64,000 bases of DNA from the human T2T-CHM13v2.0 reference genome, Homo sapiens, in the NCBI RefSeq assembly GCF_009914755.1, contig NC_060932.1. One strand, 5' to 3'. The notes beneath the pieces were generated by a model, which did not search any database, was not told where the DNA came from, and saw only the letters and a program-made list of their open reading frames with translations. Shown in pieces: positions 14,144 to 30,500 of the stretch. Numbering within the stretch: the first letter of the stretch is position 1; each line of letters opens with the position of its first letter. The translations under genes and the position numbers were made by a program.

Positions 14144-15699
14144 GTTGGGATCCCTCTTGGTCTACCGTCTGCCTAAACTGGGACCTGCAATCTCCACTCT
14201 CCCTTAGGCATGGTGTTTCCCTGCAAACTGAGCTTCCAATGGCGTTGATTCTGCCAGGACCCCATGCCAGCCCTGATCTGCCATAAGTAGTCTGCTTCAC
14301 CAATTCCTAAGTTGCCCAACCTCAGCTAGTCAATACTTCAAAGCCCCTGCCTCTCTTAGCAGACACTTGTCTGGCTGAGGGAGGGAATGTGCCCCAATAA
14401 GACATCTCAGTCTCTTCTTGAATCTTGTATCACACCATTACTTCCAACAGCCTGTTATTGCTACCACAATGAAAAGAACACTGTATCAACAGAAGACAAG
14501 CTTCAACTCCAATTTCTCATTGGATGCTACATGTTGATTCTATTGTTATTAAAAGTCATTTGTGTTGTCTAACTTGTAATAACATTTTCTGATTGCTGTT
14601 TGCCATTTTTCCCAGTGACTGCTTGTGCCATCACAGCCTGCTCAGAGTCCTAGCATCATTACCTATTCATGCATTCTACATGCCATCTTCCTCCTTTCTC
14701 ATTATTGGGTGACTTTTCACTTGGCCTTTTCTGCAGATCAGCCCCTCAGAATATGCCATCTGGAAAAATGGAGAGTGAAACACTGCTTTAAATTAAAAAG
14801 AAAAAAAGAGAGAAAGAGACTTTTCATCACCCTGAATTAGACCCAATTTTCCCACTCTGTCACCACCCTCACAGGAGCTGGCACACTCTTCAGAAGCTGT
14901 CCGTGTTTCTTCTAACTATGACAGAGGGGGCTGAGGAGAAACAAGAAAGGAGGGGAAAGAGACAGAGAAAGAGAGAGAGAGCCATCCAATCCAATGCATT
15001 GATAGATTTGGCTAGATTGATGTCATTGCTCATTAAGAAAACAGGCAATCTGCTTCTCGTTCTCATTGGAGAAAATAAATTTGCACAGAGCCCAGCCAAA
15101 TAATGTGTAGTAAATGATCAATGTTATCTGAGGGAGAAGATGATTGATCCTTTATTTCTTACACCCTCTCATGCATAATGCATACAACCCAGGATGTCCT
15201 CAGCTTGCCTCAGGACCTAGCAGTGATGTACCGCATTACCATGCAGAACACTCATGCTGAATTTCTAGGGACCGTCTCCACATTCCTGAGCAAGTGAGAG
15301 CCAGGAATGCTTCAGAAATCAAGAGTCCCTGATAACGGTGTGATGGATTCTTGAATCTTTTCCAGGCCTTTTTACAAACATATGCATGACTCAGGGAAAG
15401 TCTCAGAGAGACTTCAGACCTCAGTATCCTTTAATGCAAAACATAATTGGTAATATTGGCTTCTTTCAGAATATCAGTTAAAAGATTAGAAAAATGGAAA
15501 TCTTTCGAAAAACCAAAAATGCGGGAGATCTCTATAAAGGAAAATGAACTGTATTAACTTTTTATTATAATGATTCCATTTCAGAGAACCAAGGTAATCA
15601 TTTGTGATTTTGAAGAAAGCTGGCTTCTCAAATGTTGTATGTTAAGTTTAGACTATTGTTGCTAATTCTCTATACCCATTAAATAGTGATGATGATGAT

Positions 15700-15865
15700 G
15701 GTGATGATAACAATAATGGCAGCTAACATTTTTAAACTCCTATTTGCCAGGCTTTAAGTTAAGGACTGTACATATGTTATCTCATGTAATGTAAACTAAG
15801 GTTTAGAGAACTTCATTAATTTGCCCAACGTTCATAGCTAATAATCAATAAATTCCAGAGCCACC
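15700..15865 (-). mobile_element. MIR
   Basis: aataatggcagctaacattt...aaactaaggtttagagaa...aatttgcccaacgttcatagcta. Confidence 0.75.
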
Positions 15866-16125
15866 AGTACCAGTTCCTACACGTGAATGCTACTAGTCTG
15901 GGGTTGGGGTCAAAATAGAGGAATCAGAATATAAAGTGGAACTGGCCATCCTCAATAACTACAACTGGCTGTTAGAAGATTTTGTAAACTAACAAAAATT
16001 GAAAAAAACTGATGAATTTTAGTCCTTACTATGAGCCAGTCGCAATACTAGATTCTTCACATAAATTTTAATAATAATAATGAATAAAATGATAACCAAT
16101 CTGTAGAGTAGATGATATCTCGCCG

Positions 16126-16771
16126 TGTTGGTTATTAAGTGAGGGTTTCTCAATTTAAAACCAGCTTCTCTACTCTGCTCACAAGATACTGGGGCTGCAA
16201 CTCTGGAACTCTGCAGACCACGTCGTTTCCGCTTTGCCAGAGGCTCCATTAGGCTCTGCCAAGAGGGGGCGCCAGAGAGACCACGACGCTAAAGGAGTAA
16301 GAGGGATTTTGATCCTTCTTGTTTTACTTCCTATTCTTGTCAGCAGCATCTCAGCAATACTTCTTAGTCCTGACAGCAGCAGCTCATTCCAGCTTCCAGT
16401 AGCAGTTTTCATTCCAGTAGCAGCAGTGATTCAAGTGTGCAGCTTTTCTAACACTCGCTGAACCAGCCTCATTGTGCCACCTCTGGACACCAGCCCAGCC
16501 AGACCATACACCCTCCTCAGAGACCTGCGTCCCAGCTCTGCAAGAAACCTTCTCCTCCAATCTTCTGAGTTCTAAGTAATCCCAACTTCTGTCTTCTGTT
16601 TCCTCAGCTGGGAAGTGGTAGGATCTGCACGATCACCTCCATTATATCTAGTTGTTTGTTTTTTATCTTTTCATTTCTCTATTACCCGGTTAACATGTTT
16701 TAATACTAAATTATCTTTGTTACTAGAACTGGTAAGGTTTCTGTCTGCTCTCTGGAACCCCAGTGTTATAA
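16126..16771 (+). mobile_element. LTR41-type ERVL solo LTR
   Basis: ctggggctgcaactctg...ttaggctctgccaagagggggcgccagaga...cagcagcagctcattccagc...gtttctgtctgctctctgga. Confidence 0.72.
16257..16274 (+). promoter_or_regulatory. CTCF core motif
   Basis: tgccaagagggggcgcca closely matches CCASYAGRKGGCRS; CpGs retained locally. Confidence 0.65.
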
Positions 16772-18281
16772 CCCCCAATTCAGTGATAAGGATAAATTGC
16801 TCATATTTACTACTAAGTCAATAAAGGAGTTTAAATGGAATCCAACCCCAGGTCTTTCTGGTTCTCAGTCATATGCTCTTTCCAGTACCCCAGGATGCCT
16901 CCCCAAACTAGGCAATGGTATCTCCTCTGCCTATGTTGAATAAGAGGACACACACAAAAAAACATACATCGTGCAAATGAAAGTCTAAGAAATACCTGGA
17001 TACAATGTAAAATGGTGTGATTGCGCACACCGACATTTCTTTTCAATATTATTAGTGACAGTAATGACTATTGTGTATACAAAGTAGGTTCCATTGCCCT
17101 GAAGTGCCTTGTCCAATAACTTAACCTGCTTCTGTCCTTGATACAATGTGAATTCTTCTCAGGGTTCAAGAATATGTCATGGCATTCCTCTACCTGGGTA
17201 GCTTCAAACTCCGCTAAAATACTTTGAGCAAAGAATGAGAAATGACTTGTAACTAAAGCCATCATCATTTTCACAGTAAAAGAAGTACTCAGAACTTCAA
17301 AGAGATTATGGTAGACTTGTCACTTTTGAGTTTCTAGCAGGCCTCCATTCTGTAACAACAGATACCCCAGAGGCCAAAAGAAAGTAGGATCAAAAGATAT
17401 ATAGTGTGTGCTGACATAGACAGACACCTCAGACCCACTAGCCCAACAGGGTGATTGTAAAGCACAGCTACATCTACACTGTAAGACTTAAGATGACTGT
17501 TGAATCCAAAGACCAGGAAAAGTGAGAATTCAGAATCTATTCTGATCAGAAGCCAGGAAGTCAGAAACTATCCCCGGAAGAGAATATTAAGGCCTCACCA
17601 GAAATTTCAGCACATCATGTGTAATAAAGTAAACTAAGTTTATTTCAGCTAATAAGTCTAGAAATGTTTACAACTCTCATATTAAGTTCTACAGCATACA
17701 TATTAAAATGGAAGTAGAAGTTTTTATGCCACTTGAAATGCACACATACACACAGATGGCACACATGTAATTTCTTTCTCCTTTCTCAAAAAGTTTTGCT
17801 GCTTTCCAAATCATTGGTGCAAGGTACCAGTGTTTCTTGCTTTTCGTTGTGTGTTAAAGTTAAAATAAAAAGGGAGGGACTATCTTTTCTTATTACATTT
17901 GCAAATTCATCTAGAGGCCATATTGCACTGAGCCCATCTAAAACACATGACAAATGCACTCGTATTTCTAGGAAATCCTAACAGGGTCTAGGGGACAAAA
18001 TGAGCAATTACAACAACTTGTTAACCTAAACCACAATGAAGCGTAGAGCGGTGGGCTGTAGAGAAAAAGTCACCCTTCCTGCCTTCTTTGTGATGCTTCT
18101 TTCTAAATAAGAACCCCAGACAGTGCCTTTCCCAATGTCATTCATCCAGTAGATGCCTGAAAAATTCTCTGATAACACTGTCAGAACACAAGGCATTATA
18201 ATGAATAGTAGGTGATAAATATATAGGTAATGGCTTAGCAGTGATTGTATCTTTCTACAGCAGTTTAAAACAATAAAGCCC

Positions 18282-18724
<443 letters not shown>

Positions 18725-19103
18725 TTAGTAACATAAAAGAAGTCACTCTACTCACTTGGGGGGCTGTACTCAAATGTCCACACCCTCCGAACTTGGAGAC
18801 AGCATCAGGAAACAACCACCCACTGAAACTGAAGGTAGAAAAAGTTGGCATATAAGAGATTAACATATTCATATTCAGTGGTTGTAAGACTTGGTATGTA
18901 AATGGCTTGCTGCATAGACTTAGGAATCCAACAAGTTCAACAGCTAGAATGTAGGGAATGAAAGTTCTAACCTAATCAACTGTATTTGAGAATAAATATA
19001 AAGGAGAGATGTATCGACAGAAGAGAGGTCTGTGTGTAGTAAAGGAAAAAGAAGGCTAAAGAATATAAATTTGCCAATGTGTTTTCAGTAGTGAATGAGG
19101 GAC

Positions 19104-19420
<317 letters not shown>

Positions 19421-19794
19421 TTAATAAATAAATATTCCTGTTACTGAAAGAATTACTCTATTTCAGGGTGCAGGCATAATTAATCCAGGATGAGAGGCTG
19501 GCATAGGAAATAGCTGAGGAACAGAAAAGGAGTCTAATAAGTAGGTCATATCAAGTCATTTTAGAGTCACATAGGGCATTGAAGGCAAGCCCTATAGTCA
19601 AAGGAAATTCATACCATAAACAATGTAGATGACCCAGATTCCATGAGGGAGAGGGTACCAGGTAAGTTACAACTGCATCTGAACACCTGCAGTGTGCACC
19701 GCCCATCTGATTTGGGAAACTTGGACATCATAGTGATTGGTAGATGGAGAAAATGGGGAGGAGGACTTGTGCCGTGCTTATAAAAATGGCCAGC

Positions 19795-19966
19795 AACCAG
19801 CACAGTGGTTCATGCCTATAGTCCCAGCTACTCAGGAGGCTGAGGTGGGAGGATCACTTGAGACCAGGGGTTTCAGGCTACAGTGAGCTATCACTACGCT
19901 AGTGAATAGTCACTGCATTCCAGCCTGGTCCACATAGCAAGCCTCCATCTCAAAAACAAACGAATA
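19795..19966 (+). mobile_element. FAM (fossil Alu monomer)
   Basis: Single monomer with the FAM-type gtgaatagtcactgca segment; TSD aaaaatggccagca/aaaaactagccagca. Confidence 0.85.
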
Positions 19967-20419
19967 AAAAACTAGCCAGCAGAAAACAGGTCTCTACACT
20001 TTCTCGACAGGGCATATGATCTGAAAGTCAGCCCTGTTTAATTAGGGTTGTGCAACATCTCGGATCAGATAACACTCAAAACATATGTTTAGTGGATGTA
20101 ACTTGGTACTCCAAATCTCAACTGACTCCAGATCAATGGGAACACAAAAGCTGAGAATCAATTCCTGGACAAGAGTTACCAAACCAAGGCCCCACTTGCC
20201 TGAAATACCTGGCTTGAGTAGCCAGCCACCTTACCACATCTCTGTACCTGCTATAGTGGCCCCGAGTCGGCCTCCTCCTAGGAATAAGGGCTGAAATGTG
20301 AGTATTTACCTTACCGTGTATTATCATCTCCCTTTTCACATCTATGTCTAATCTCTCCAATGAAGTCATAGGCAAAATCATAAGAAGGACCATGTCCTAA
20401 ATTCTTTCCATTATGAACT

Positions 20420-20660
20420 AACCATGATTGTGGAGCATACTATATTCTAGACCCTGCACTAAGAGCTTTACTTTATTTCACTTGTCACAACAACTCTGTG
20501 AGCTAAGTATTATTTTCTTGATTTTACAAGGGAAGAAATAAATGCATGAGTTATTTAAGAGACAGTTGGATAATTTCACTGTGATTTTATTTAGTAAGTA
20601 ATGGGGTTGGATTCAAGTCCAGGCAATCTTAACTCCTAAACTCATGCTCATAACTGCTAT
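20420..20660 (-). mobile_element. MIR
   Basis: cacaacaactctgtgagctaagtattattttcttgattttacaagggaagaaa...ggattcaagtccaggcaatct. Confidence 0.8.
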
Positions 20661-20744
20661 GGAAATGTGGTGTAATGTAATGGCTAAATAGACAAAAAGA
20701 TATGCCTCCCAGTTACTCAATATATTCTGTTACAGTTTTTGAAA

Positions 20745-22330
<1,586 letters not shown>

Positions 22331-24169
22331 AAAGGTAGACAAAATTGATAGTACTTTATGAAAAATGAGATTTTTCTCATCTCCTGAGACTCTTTTCATT
22401 ACAGATATTACACTCATATGTAATTTGTTCATCCACCAAAGTGCAAAAAGTGTTCAGTCATTGGAAGGGATCAAGCCTTGCACTTGGGTGGTTGGGAAGC
22501 TTCTGTCACCTGCTATACTAAGAGTAGAATTAAGCTTCATGGATCAGATTATTTTGAGCAAAAGTTCTCAGATGTTGTCCAGAGAGATCATCTGAGTGAA
22601 CTCTTGTTCTCTGCCCATGAAAACTCTATAATGAACATCATTCATCCTCGCACATTTCCCATTTACTTCTGAGTTGTTGATTGGCAGGTGGATTAGCAGT
22701 GAGTATTGAATTGTTCAAGTAAAGTCAAAGACTGGACTCTCAGGACTATTCTTATGCCACAAGTGTCTTAAATTTGGAAGACAAAGGAAAAGTTAATAAA
22801 AACATTGTGTGACCCTCAAATCTACCACCTGCCACCCTCCCTGTTTGCCCATACACACATCAATATATACCCACGGACATCATTATTCTTGCCTCTCAGA
22901 AGTCTCAGGCAGAAAAGCCAGAGATGTCATCGAGAATCCTCCTAGGGGTACAACCTGTGTTCTCTCCTGGAGTAATTACAGCCTGTATTCATCCCGGCTG
23001 GGCAGGCTGACCTCGTCTTTTAAGTTCTTTATTAAACAACATCTGTACCTCACTCTCCTATTGTGGTGAGGTAAGACATAGATTGTCCCACAGCCTGATA
23101 ACAGCTGTTTTATCATTCCTTTTACAATCTCTGAGAACACGAAGGAAAAACTCCCAACTGTGAAGCTAGGATGATTGGAAACACCCTGAGCTCCAGATTA
23201 AAAGCAAGAAAATTGCACCAAACCTCAGAGAGGTTTTTTTTTTTCTATACTTCACACAGAGGCCCCCCACCATCCCTGATTCCTTGATTAAATTGTTAAA
23301 GTTTAATAAATTATCATGTTCCTGTGGAAAACTATAACTGAAAGCTTTTTTGTTTGTTTTTTAACTAAAAGCTTTATGTACCAGCTGGCAATTTTTCCAC
23401 TAATGCTGATTTTAAAAAAAATTTTTTTCACATAAAAACACTCCCCAAACATACCTAATCACTGCATTCCTCAGGCATACCTGACTCAGTTAGATTCCAG
23501 ATAAGTAACATTACAGTTCATCCTCACATCAGCGATTGTTACATGAAAAAGAAAAGACAGAAACATAAGTGAATTGCACAGAGAAAGCCAAGTGGATAGA
23601 GAGAGACAGCTTTCATTTGCACATTTATACAGTTCAGGAATCTACTAAAGGTGTATGAGAAATGAAATCTGAAAACTTGTTACCTATGGTTTTTTTGCAT
23701 TTGTTAGAAAACTTCAACCTTAAAAAGGTAAAGGATAAATAGTTGAAGGGAAAAGACTATATGGTGAATTATTCATTCTAGCTGGGCCATTCCAGGTCAC
23801 AAGACAGGAGACTTCTTATAATCTTACACATAATAGAGATCTGGGATGACAGAAGCTCTGTTAAATCAACCCATACTGCATACAATTCTTCAGAACGCAG
23901 TACTGATAAGGCACTGGTAGACCCAGGAGAAAAACATCTGAGACGAATTGTCAGGAATCACAGAAAAGCAGGTCAGAATGGAAGCCTGTTTTATATAGCA
24001 ATTTGTCCAAAAGGCCAGACAAAGAGAAAATATTGTCAAAACTTCCTTCTCTTTCCCTGACTTCATGTCCCCATTATTAAGGTGACTGCAATAATAGGCT
24101 AAACAGCATATTTTTAGGGGAAAGGGGAAAGGGAAGAAATCCAGGCCATGATTGGTTTGCAAGACATTT

Positions 24170-24540
24170 TGAATGATTGTAAAAATATTATGTGTACATA
24201 GAGGACATTTTGAAAAATACAGAAAACCAGAAGAAATAAGTAATTTCTCCTCTCACAATTCAGAAATAAAAACAATCATTAATACTTGGTATAATGAAAT
24301 AGACCAAATCCTTTTGGTCTATTTTACATGGAGATATATGTATTTGATGGTGATAATAAATCTAAAATGTACATTATATATGTATGTATACACACACACA
24401 AATATACACACATAATTCTCCCCCAAATTAGATAAAGATATATATATGTATATATGCATACAACTCTCCCAAAAATTTGATTTACATTATATATACTGTT
24501 TGTAATCTGCTTTTTTCTCTATTCAGTATTTTAAATTCCT
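24170..24540 (-). mobile_element. Old L1ME 3' fragment
   Basis: ttttgaaaaatacagaaaa...tatactgtttgtaatctgcttttttc. Confidence 0.55.
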
Positions 24541-25455
24541 GAGTATTTTAATTAAAATATTACCATGCTTTAGATTTATCACCACCATCAAAATGGTTTT
24601 AAGCACCAATATGCATATAATATGTTAATATTTTTTAAGGTTTTAAAAAAAACTTGATACAGAATCAAGCAATTTTCTGACATTTAAGGAATGTATATCC
24701 AATCTCAGTTTTGCAGTATCCCATGGTGTATCATGGAATTGTCTGGTAAAAGAATACAAGGTACATAACTTCTCTAAGTTTCAGTTTCCTTTTTATAAAA
24801 TGCAATGGTAATATTGCAGCCTCCTTATTTTGCACAATTCAGTCCTGGAAGTGGTCATAATATCAGTTAAAAGAGGAGTCCCAAAATGATATAAATATAC
24901 CTAAAACATTTTACAATAACTAAAAACACATCAGTGAACATTCACTAAGCTTTCGAAATAGTACTAATGCTTTTTTTTGTCGGGGGGGATACAAATCTTT
25001 AAAGGGTCATCTTTCTTGCATAAACCATACCCATAATGTATCTACAATTTCCAGCTCTACATTTTTTTAAGGAGGAACAAGAATATACAAACACTTGTGA
25101 AACAACCTAAGTGCAAAATCCTTCCAGATTTTCTTACTTTTTCCCCACACTAAAGTTAAGAGCAACTTGTTTAATGACTTTCCTTACCAAGACCTTTGAA
25201 ACTTTCCACTTGGTTTTCATGAAAACAATACTTCTTCCTTCCCCATTCATATATCATTATTGTATATAATATTTAATAAATTCATATAATCTCAACACCA
25301 CCACACATTTGAAAAACAGATTGGGAACAAACTCAACCAGCCCTCCTGAGCTAATCCCTCAGCTGAGTGAGGCTGAGAAGCGCAGCACACCAGAGAGCCA
25401 CCCACTGGCCTTGAGCATTCAGTGTGCTGGGAATACCAGTCAACAGGTTTTGGAG

Positions 25456-25792
25456 CAGCAGCCCTCAATCTTTTTGGCACCAAGGACTGGTTTTGCGGAA
25501 GACAATTTTTCCATGGACAGTGGGAGAAGGGAATTGTTTGGGATGAAACTATTCCACCTCAGATCATCAGGCATTAGATTCTCATAAGAAGTGCACAACC
25601 TACATCCCTCACAAGCATAATTCACAATAGAGTTTGCGCTCCTATGACAGTCTAATGCTCTCGCTGATCTGACAAGAGGCAGAGCTCAGGCCAGAATGCT
25701 CACTTGCCCATGCTCACCTCCCGCTGTGTGGCCTGGTTCCTAACAGGCCATGGGCCAGTACCAGTCTGTGGCCTGGGGGTTGGGGACCCTTG
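25456..25792 (+). mobile_element. MER1B hAT-Charlie MITE
   Basis: ctttttggcaccaaggactggttttgcggaagacaatttttccatgg...gggggttggggacccttg; degenerate 8-bp TSD ttttggag/ttttacag. Confidence 0.92.
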
Positions 25793-26889
25793 TTTTACAG
25801 GGATGGGAAGCTTCAGATAAGACAGCCATGGGCTAAGTGCTTAAGATTGATGTAGATATTAAATGAGTTAATGCACTCAAAATGCTCAGCACCATCCTTG
25901 GCACTTAATTAGCTCTCAGTAAACATTAACTGAAAAGAAAGAGAAAATAAGAAAATGACAAAGACCCTTTCTGCAGTTTCCTCACAATCATTGGAATCTA
26001 GTCAGGTTTTAGCCAAGATCAAGAAAAAAGAAAAAATGCCTAGAAGTAGAAGACTTGCTGTCAGGCTAGATTATCTGTGAAGATGACGATCTGATAAAAA
26101 TCAGCTGCAGCAAATTGAAAGTACTATCCAGAGCGTAAGTTGTCCAATTCGGATGACAAGGTATGGATGGACATTGGATCCCAGCCTCAGATGGAACCAT
26201 ATAGACTTACATGTAATGAAGCACCCATGAAGACTTAACTTAGAAAAAATTCTAAACCTGCATCATTTTGGTTTTATCAATTTTCATCATCATCTTTCTC
26301 TTTTCTAGAAAATACACCTCATACCACCAACCTAAGCAGAGCTGATTTCTTTTAAATTTTACCATCATCAAAAAGGATAATAGTTAATATTGGGTTTCGA
26401 TTAGCTGCACTAAAAGGACCTGGGAATGCACTGCAAGAGCAAGTAGACAGAGCTTAACTTTCTATCAAACACAGAATTAACAGAGAAGACACTAACAATC
26501 AGTGGTGGAATGTCAATGATGTAAATAAATAATAATAGTTTGACAAATTCAGCCAAAATCCTAGAAAGCAAGAGTTGAAACTGATTTCTTTTGCGGATAA
26601 TCAATGCTGAGAAGATTGGAAGATGAATAGAAGGAGTTAGGACCAGAGTTGTAAATAACAAGGAAATGTAATCAAAGAACTTGTTCAAGTTTTAGTATGA
26701 CATGCCTATGAGTAGCAGAAGAAAGACTGAAAAGAGAGCAGTTTCCTTATTTAACAATTTCAAGCAAATTTATCCTGGGTCCCAGGCCAAATTTGGGTCA
26801 TGTCAATTTGGTTCAACCATCTTAGAGTCACAGCCGCCTTTGATAACCTGTGAGAAAACTATGGACCCCAAGATAGTTTTTCAGCATTT

Positions 26890-27640
26890 TGTAAAGCTGC
26901 ATGCACTTACCATGTGATCTGGCAACTGCACTGTTGGGCATTTATCCCCAAGAAATGAAAACTTACATCCACACAAAACCCTGTAAACTAATGTTCATGG
27001 CAGCTTTTTTGTAATAGCCCAAAATTGGAAACAATTTAGATGGCCTTCAGTGGGCAAATGGCTAAACGAACTATGGTCCATCCCAATTGTGAATATTGTT
27101 CAGCAATAAAATGAAAGGAACTATTGATACACTTAACAGCTTGGATGACTCTCAAGGGACAACACTGAGTTAAAAAAAAAAGTGAATCTCAACACTGCAA
27201 ATTATATGATTCCATTATATAACATTCTTAAAATAAAATTATAGAGATGAAGACCATATTAGTGGAATATTAGTGGTTGCCAAGGATTAGAAATGGCAGA
27301 GAGGGAGGTGGCTGTGGTTATAAAAGGGGTAGCAGAAAGAATCCCTGTGGTTATGGAATAGTTCTATGCCTTGGCTATGTTGGTGGTTACTCTTAACTGC
27401 ATGTAATACAATTGCATAGAGTTACACACACATACATGCACACACATGCACACACATGCACACACATGTGAGTACATGTAAAACTGGTGAATTTCAATAA
27501 GCTCATGGATTGTATCAATGTCAGTTTTCTTGATTAGGTACTGAACTATAGTTATGCAAGATGTTACCTTTGGAGTAAACACAGGACCTCCTTTTTTTCA
27601 ATTGCCTGTGAATCTCTAATTACTGCAAAATAAAGTTTTA
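26890..27640 (+). mobile_element. L1MC/MD 3' end
   Basis: gggcatttatccccaagaaatgaaaacttacatccacacaaaac...ggattgtatcaatgtcagtttt...gtgaatctctaattactgcaaaataaa. Confidence 0.88.
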
Positions 27641-28909
27641 AGAAGATACATATATATACTGATAGAGAAATGTGTACTTATATTACTAAACTCAACTGCC
27701 AAATAGAATGACAGTTTGATCCCCTTATAAGGAGGGCAACTGAGGATGAAAAGAGTGAAAAGTAAAGAAAAAGGGCTTCTAACTTTATATTTGATATACT
27801 TCTGTGCTCTTGAATTTTTTTAGTTGATATGCTCTGTACAGTTTGAATTTTTATAGTGTGAATATATTACTTTTATTATTTAAAAAGGCAAATGAGGATA
27901 AAATGAGAAATTCTTTCAAAAAAAATCTGTGGAGTCTCTTCCCCCAAAAAAATTCACGAAAATTCTGTACACAACTATAGCAATCTTGTGGACCCCAAAG
28001 CCTATCTGTGAATCTCATGACGGGTTCATGTCCCTGACTAGGAGCTCCTGCTTTCAAAAATGGATGCCTGTACAAATGGAGAGAAGTGGGGTCAGGGGAC
28101 CTATTAAATATATTCTATAATCACCCTGGGCTCTATTTGCTATGATGCTCAGCCTTCCTCAAGTGGGAAATAAAGATGCATTCCTTTGTTTCTTTGGAAG
28201 TGACTAGATGGAGAACTCTGTATTGGAACTTTAGGAGCCACACCAAGGGTGATCATAACAAACATGCAGGAATACATTAACATATAAATAACTTATTACT
28301 AAGAGTACTTAGAACAACATGAGGAAATAGAACAGTTCTTTGAGCATTTGTTTACTAGCCATATTCTGGGCAATATGCTAGACACTGAAAATAAGGCAGT
28401 GAGAAAAACAAGCTTGTTTTCTACCCAGAAACTACTGAGTGCCTAAAGGCACAGGAAGATTCTTCGCCTGCTTAATGCAAGATGTCCCATCTTGTTAAAA
28501 ATCTGCAGTTTATGAACTACTTGTGTAAAGGATTCATAAGAATTATAGAACCAGAGTCAAAATATTTTATCATATCAGTCCTTGAAGAACATATAATATG
28601 CAAATATATGAAGAAATATCTGATATATATATTTTATTATTTTACACTGTATTTTATATACATTGCATTAAATATATATGAATATATAGACATATATAGC
28701 TTTTCAGAAAAACATTGGTTTTAATCTTCTGACTCAAATATGTCAAAGAAAGCTAAATGATTCAATAATCCAGCCAAAAGATATCTTGTTGGTGTTTTCT
28801 TTTTTGTTTAATGGATGGTTTGGTAGAGAACTGTAGTAATATGTTAATAGGAACAAGACTGGTGGGAAGACACATGAAATATTTAAAATTTTGAAGTTGA
28901 GAAGCAGCA

Positions 28910-29130
28910 TGGCCCAGAACGCACGAGGCTAATATTACCGATTCTGCAGCCAAACTAACTCTCTGGGTTAGAATCTTGAATCTTCCACCTAACAGCCATG
29001 TGACCAAGAGAAGTACCTACTCTCTGTGCCTCAGTTTCCTCATCTCTAGAATGGATGCACGACTGAGTTGTAATAAAGGTTGAATAAATTAGAGGGCTAT
29101 GAAAGTGCTTGTGAAATTTTTCAACAAGTA
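28910..29130 (+). mobile_element. MIR
   Basis: ctctctgtgcctcagtttcctcatctctagaatgg. Confidence 0.85.
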
Positions 29131-29133
29131 TTT

Positions 29134-29603
29134 TGTATTAGTCAGCGTTCTCCAGACAAACAGAATCAATAGGATATAAAGATATAAAGAATTCATTATG
29201 AGGGATTGGCTCACATGATTATGGAGACTTGGGAAGTCCCTTGTACTGCCATTTGCAAGCTTCAGACCCAGGAAACCCAATGGTGTCATTCGGTCAAAGT
29301 TCAAAGGCTTAGGAACCAGGGAAGCCAATGGTATGAGTTCCCGTCTGAGGGCAGGAGAAAACTGAAGTCCTAACTCAAGAAAGTCAGGCAGACAGAATAC
29401 TTCTATGTTCTATTCAGGCCCTCAACAGATTGGATGATGTTCAGCCACACACTGGGATGGGAAAACTGCTTTACTCAGGTTACCAGTTTAAATAGTAATG
29501 TGTTCCAGAAACACCCTCACAGACACACCCAAAAATAATGTTTAACCAGATATCTGGGCATCCTGTGGCCCAGCCAAGTGGACACATAAAATTAACCATC
29601 ACA
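29134..29603 (-). mobile_element. MLT2 solo LTR
   Basis: tgtattagtcagcgttctccaga...gacacataaaattaaccatcaca. Confidence 0.92.
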
Positions 29604-29619
29604 CATCTGTTGGACTAAA

Positions 29620-30150
29620 ACCAAATACTATGTGTGTGCAGTGAAAACAAATTCCTGGAAGATGAATTATTTGAATGGGAAGGAATTCACCATCTGGGGG
29701 TGTGCAGGGGTGCACTCTCCCGGATGGAATCCAAGCAAAGGCCAAGGCAGGAAGGTGAGAGCAGGTTTGGGAAAAAGTGGACAAGCACACTTAGCTACAG
29801 CCCTGGAGCTGTGCCTCAAGAAGACAGACACTGGCCTGAAAGAGTAGATTAGAGGCTTAGCAACACCCTGGCTGCCAACTAAGGATCAGGATTTCACTGA
29901 AAGATTTTAAATAAAGGAGACCCCTGACCAGTGCTATACTTGGGGAAAGTCAACCTGTCCCATGGATTAGATGAGGACATGGGGACGCCAGTTATGAAAC
30001 CATTGTGTAACAAAATATCAGGAGAGGTATAGTACAGGCTAAAGCAGAATTTGAGGGTGAAATAAATAAGAAACAGAAATGAACAGTAACTGAGTAAAGA
30101 GAGTGATGGAAGAAATGGCATCCCCAATACACCAAGCCCAAGGTGTCATT
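29620..30150 (-). mobile_element. L2 relic
   Basis: ggaatccaagcaaaggccaaggcagg...cactgaaagattttaaataaaggaga. Confidence 0.55.
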
Positions 30151-30269
30151 CATTCCAAGTTTGAAGGCTTAGAACCTAGGGAGCCAGAAATAGAAGAGAA
30201 GACATAGAAAACAATGACAAGAAAGCTGAGAAGTAGAAAAGAAAGAAATAGAAAACTGTGGAAAGAAAT

Positions 30270-30500
30270 CTAAGAACTTGCTACATGTCAAACATACTGA
30301 TCACTTTTCTATAAGTTTTCCCTTTTGATACATAAAGATAACTGTGGAAACTGGTAAAATTATCCCCTTGTTTACCCAGCAAGAAGCTGAGGCTCAGAAA
30401 AGTGAAATTATTTGCCTACCTCACATGGCCAGTCAGAAACAAAGCCAGGATTTAAACCCAAAGCTTCCTTGCTCCAGAGTTCATGCTTACTATACTAGAC
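30270..30500 (-). mobile_element. MIR
   Basis: gaagctgaggctcagaaaagtgaaattatttgcc...aaagccaggatttaaaccca. Confidence 0.82.

Noticed and set aside
26013-26250. Exon-like stretch ending gagc|gtaagt
   Set aside because: Weak acceptor and stop codons; resembles a decayed CR1/L3 fragment.
27425-27470. (CACACACATG)n repeat
   Set aside because: Ordinary simple repeat within an L1 3'UTR.
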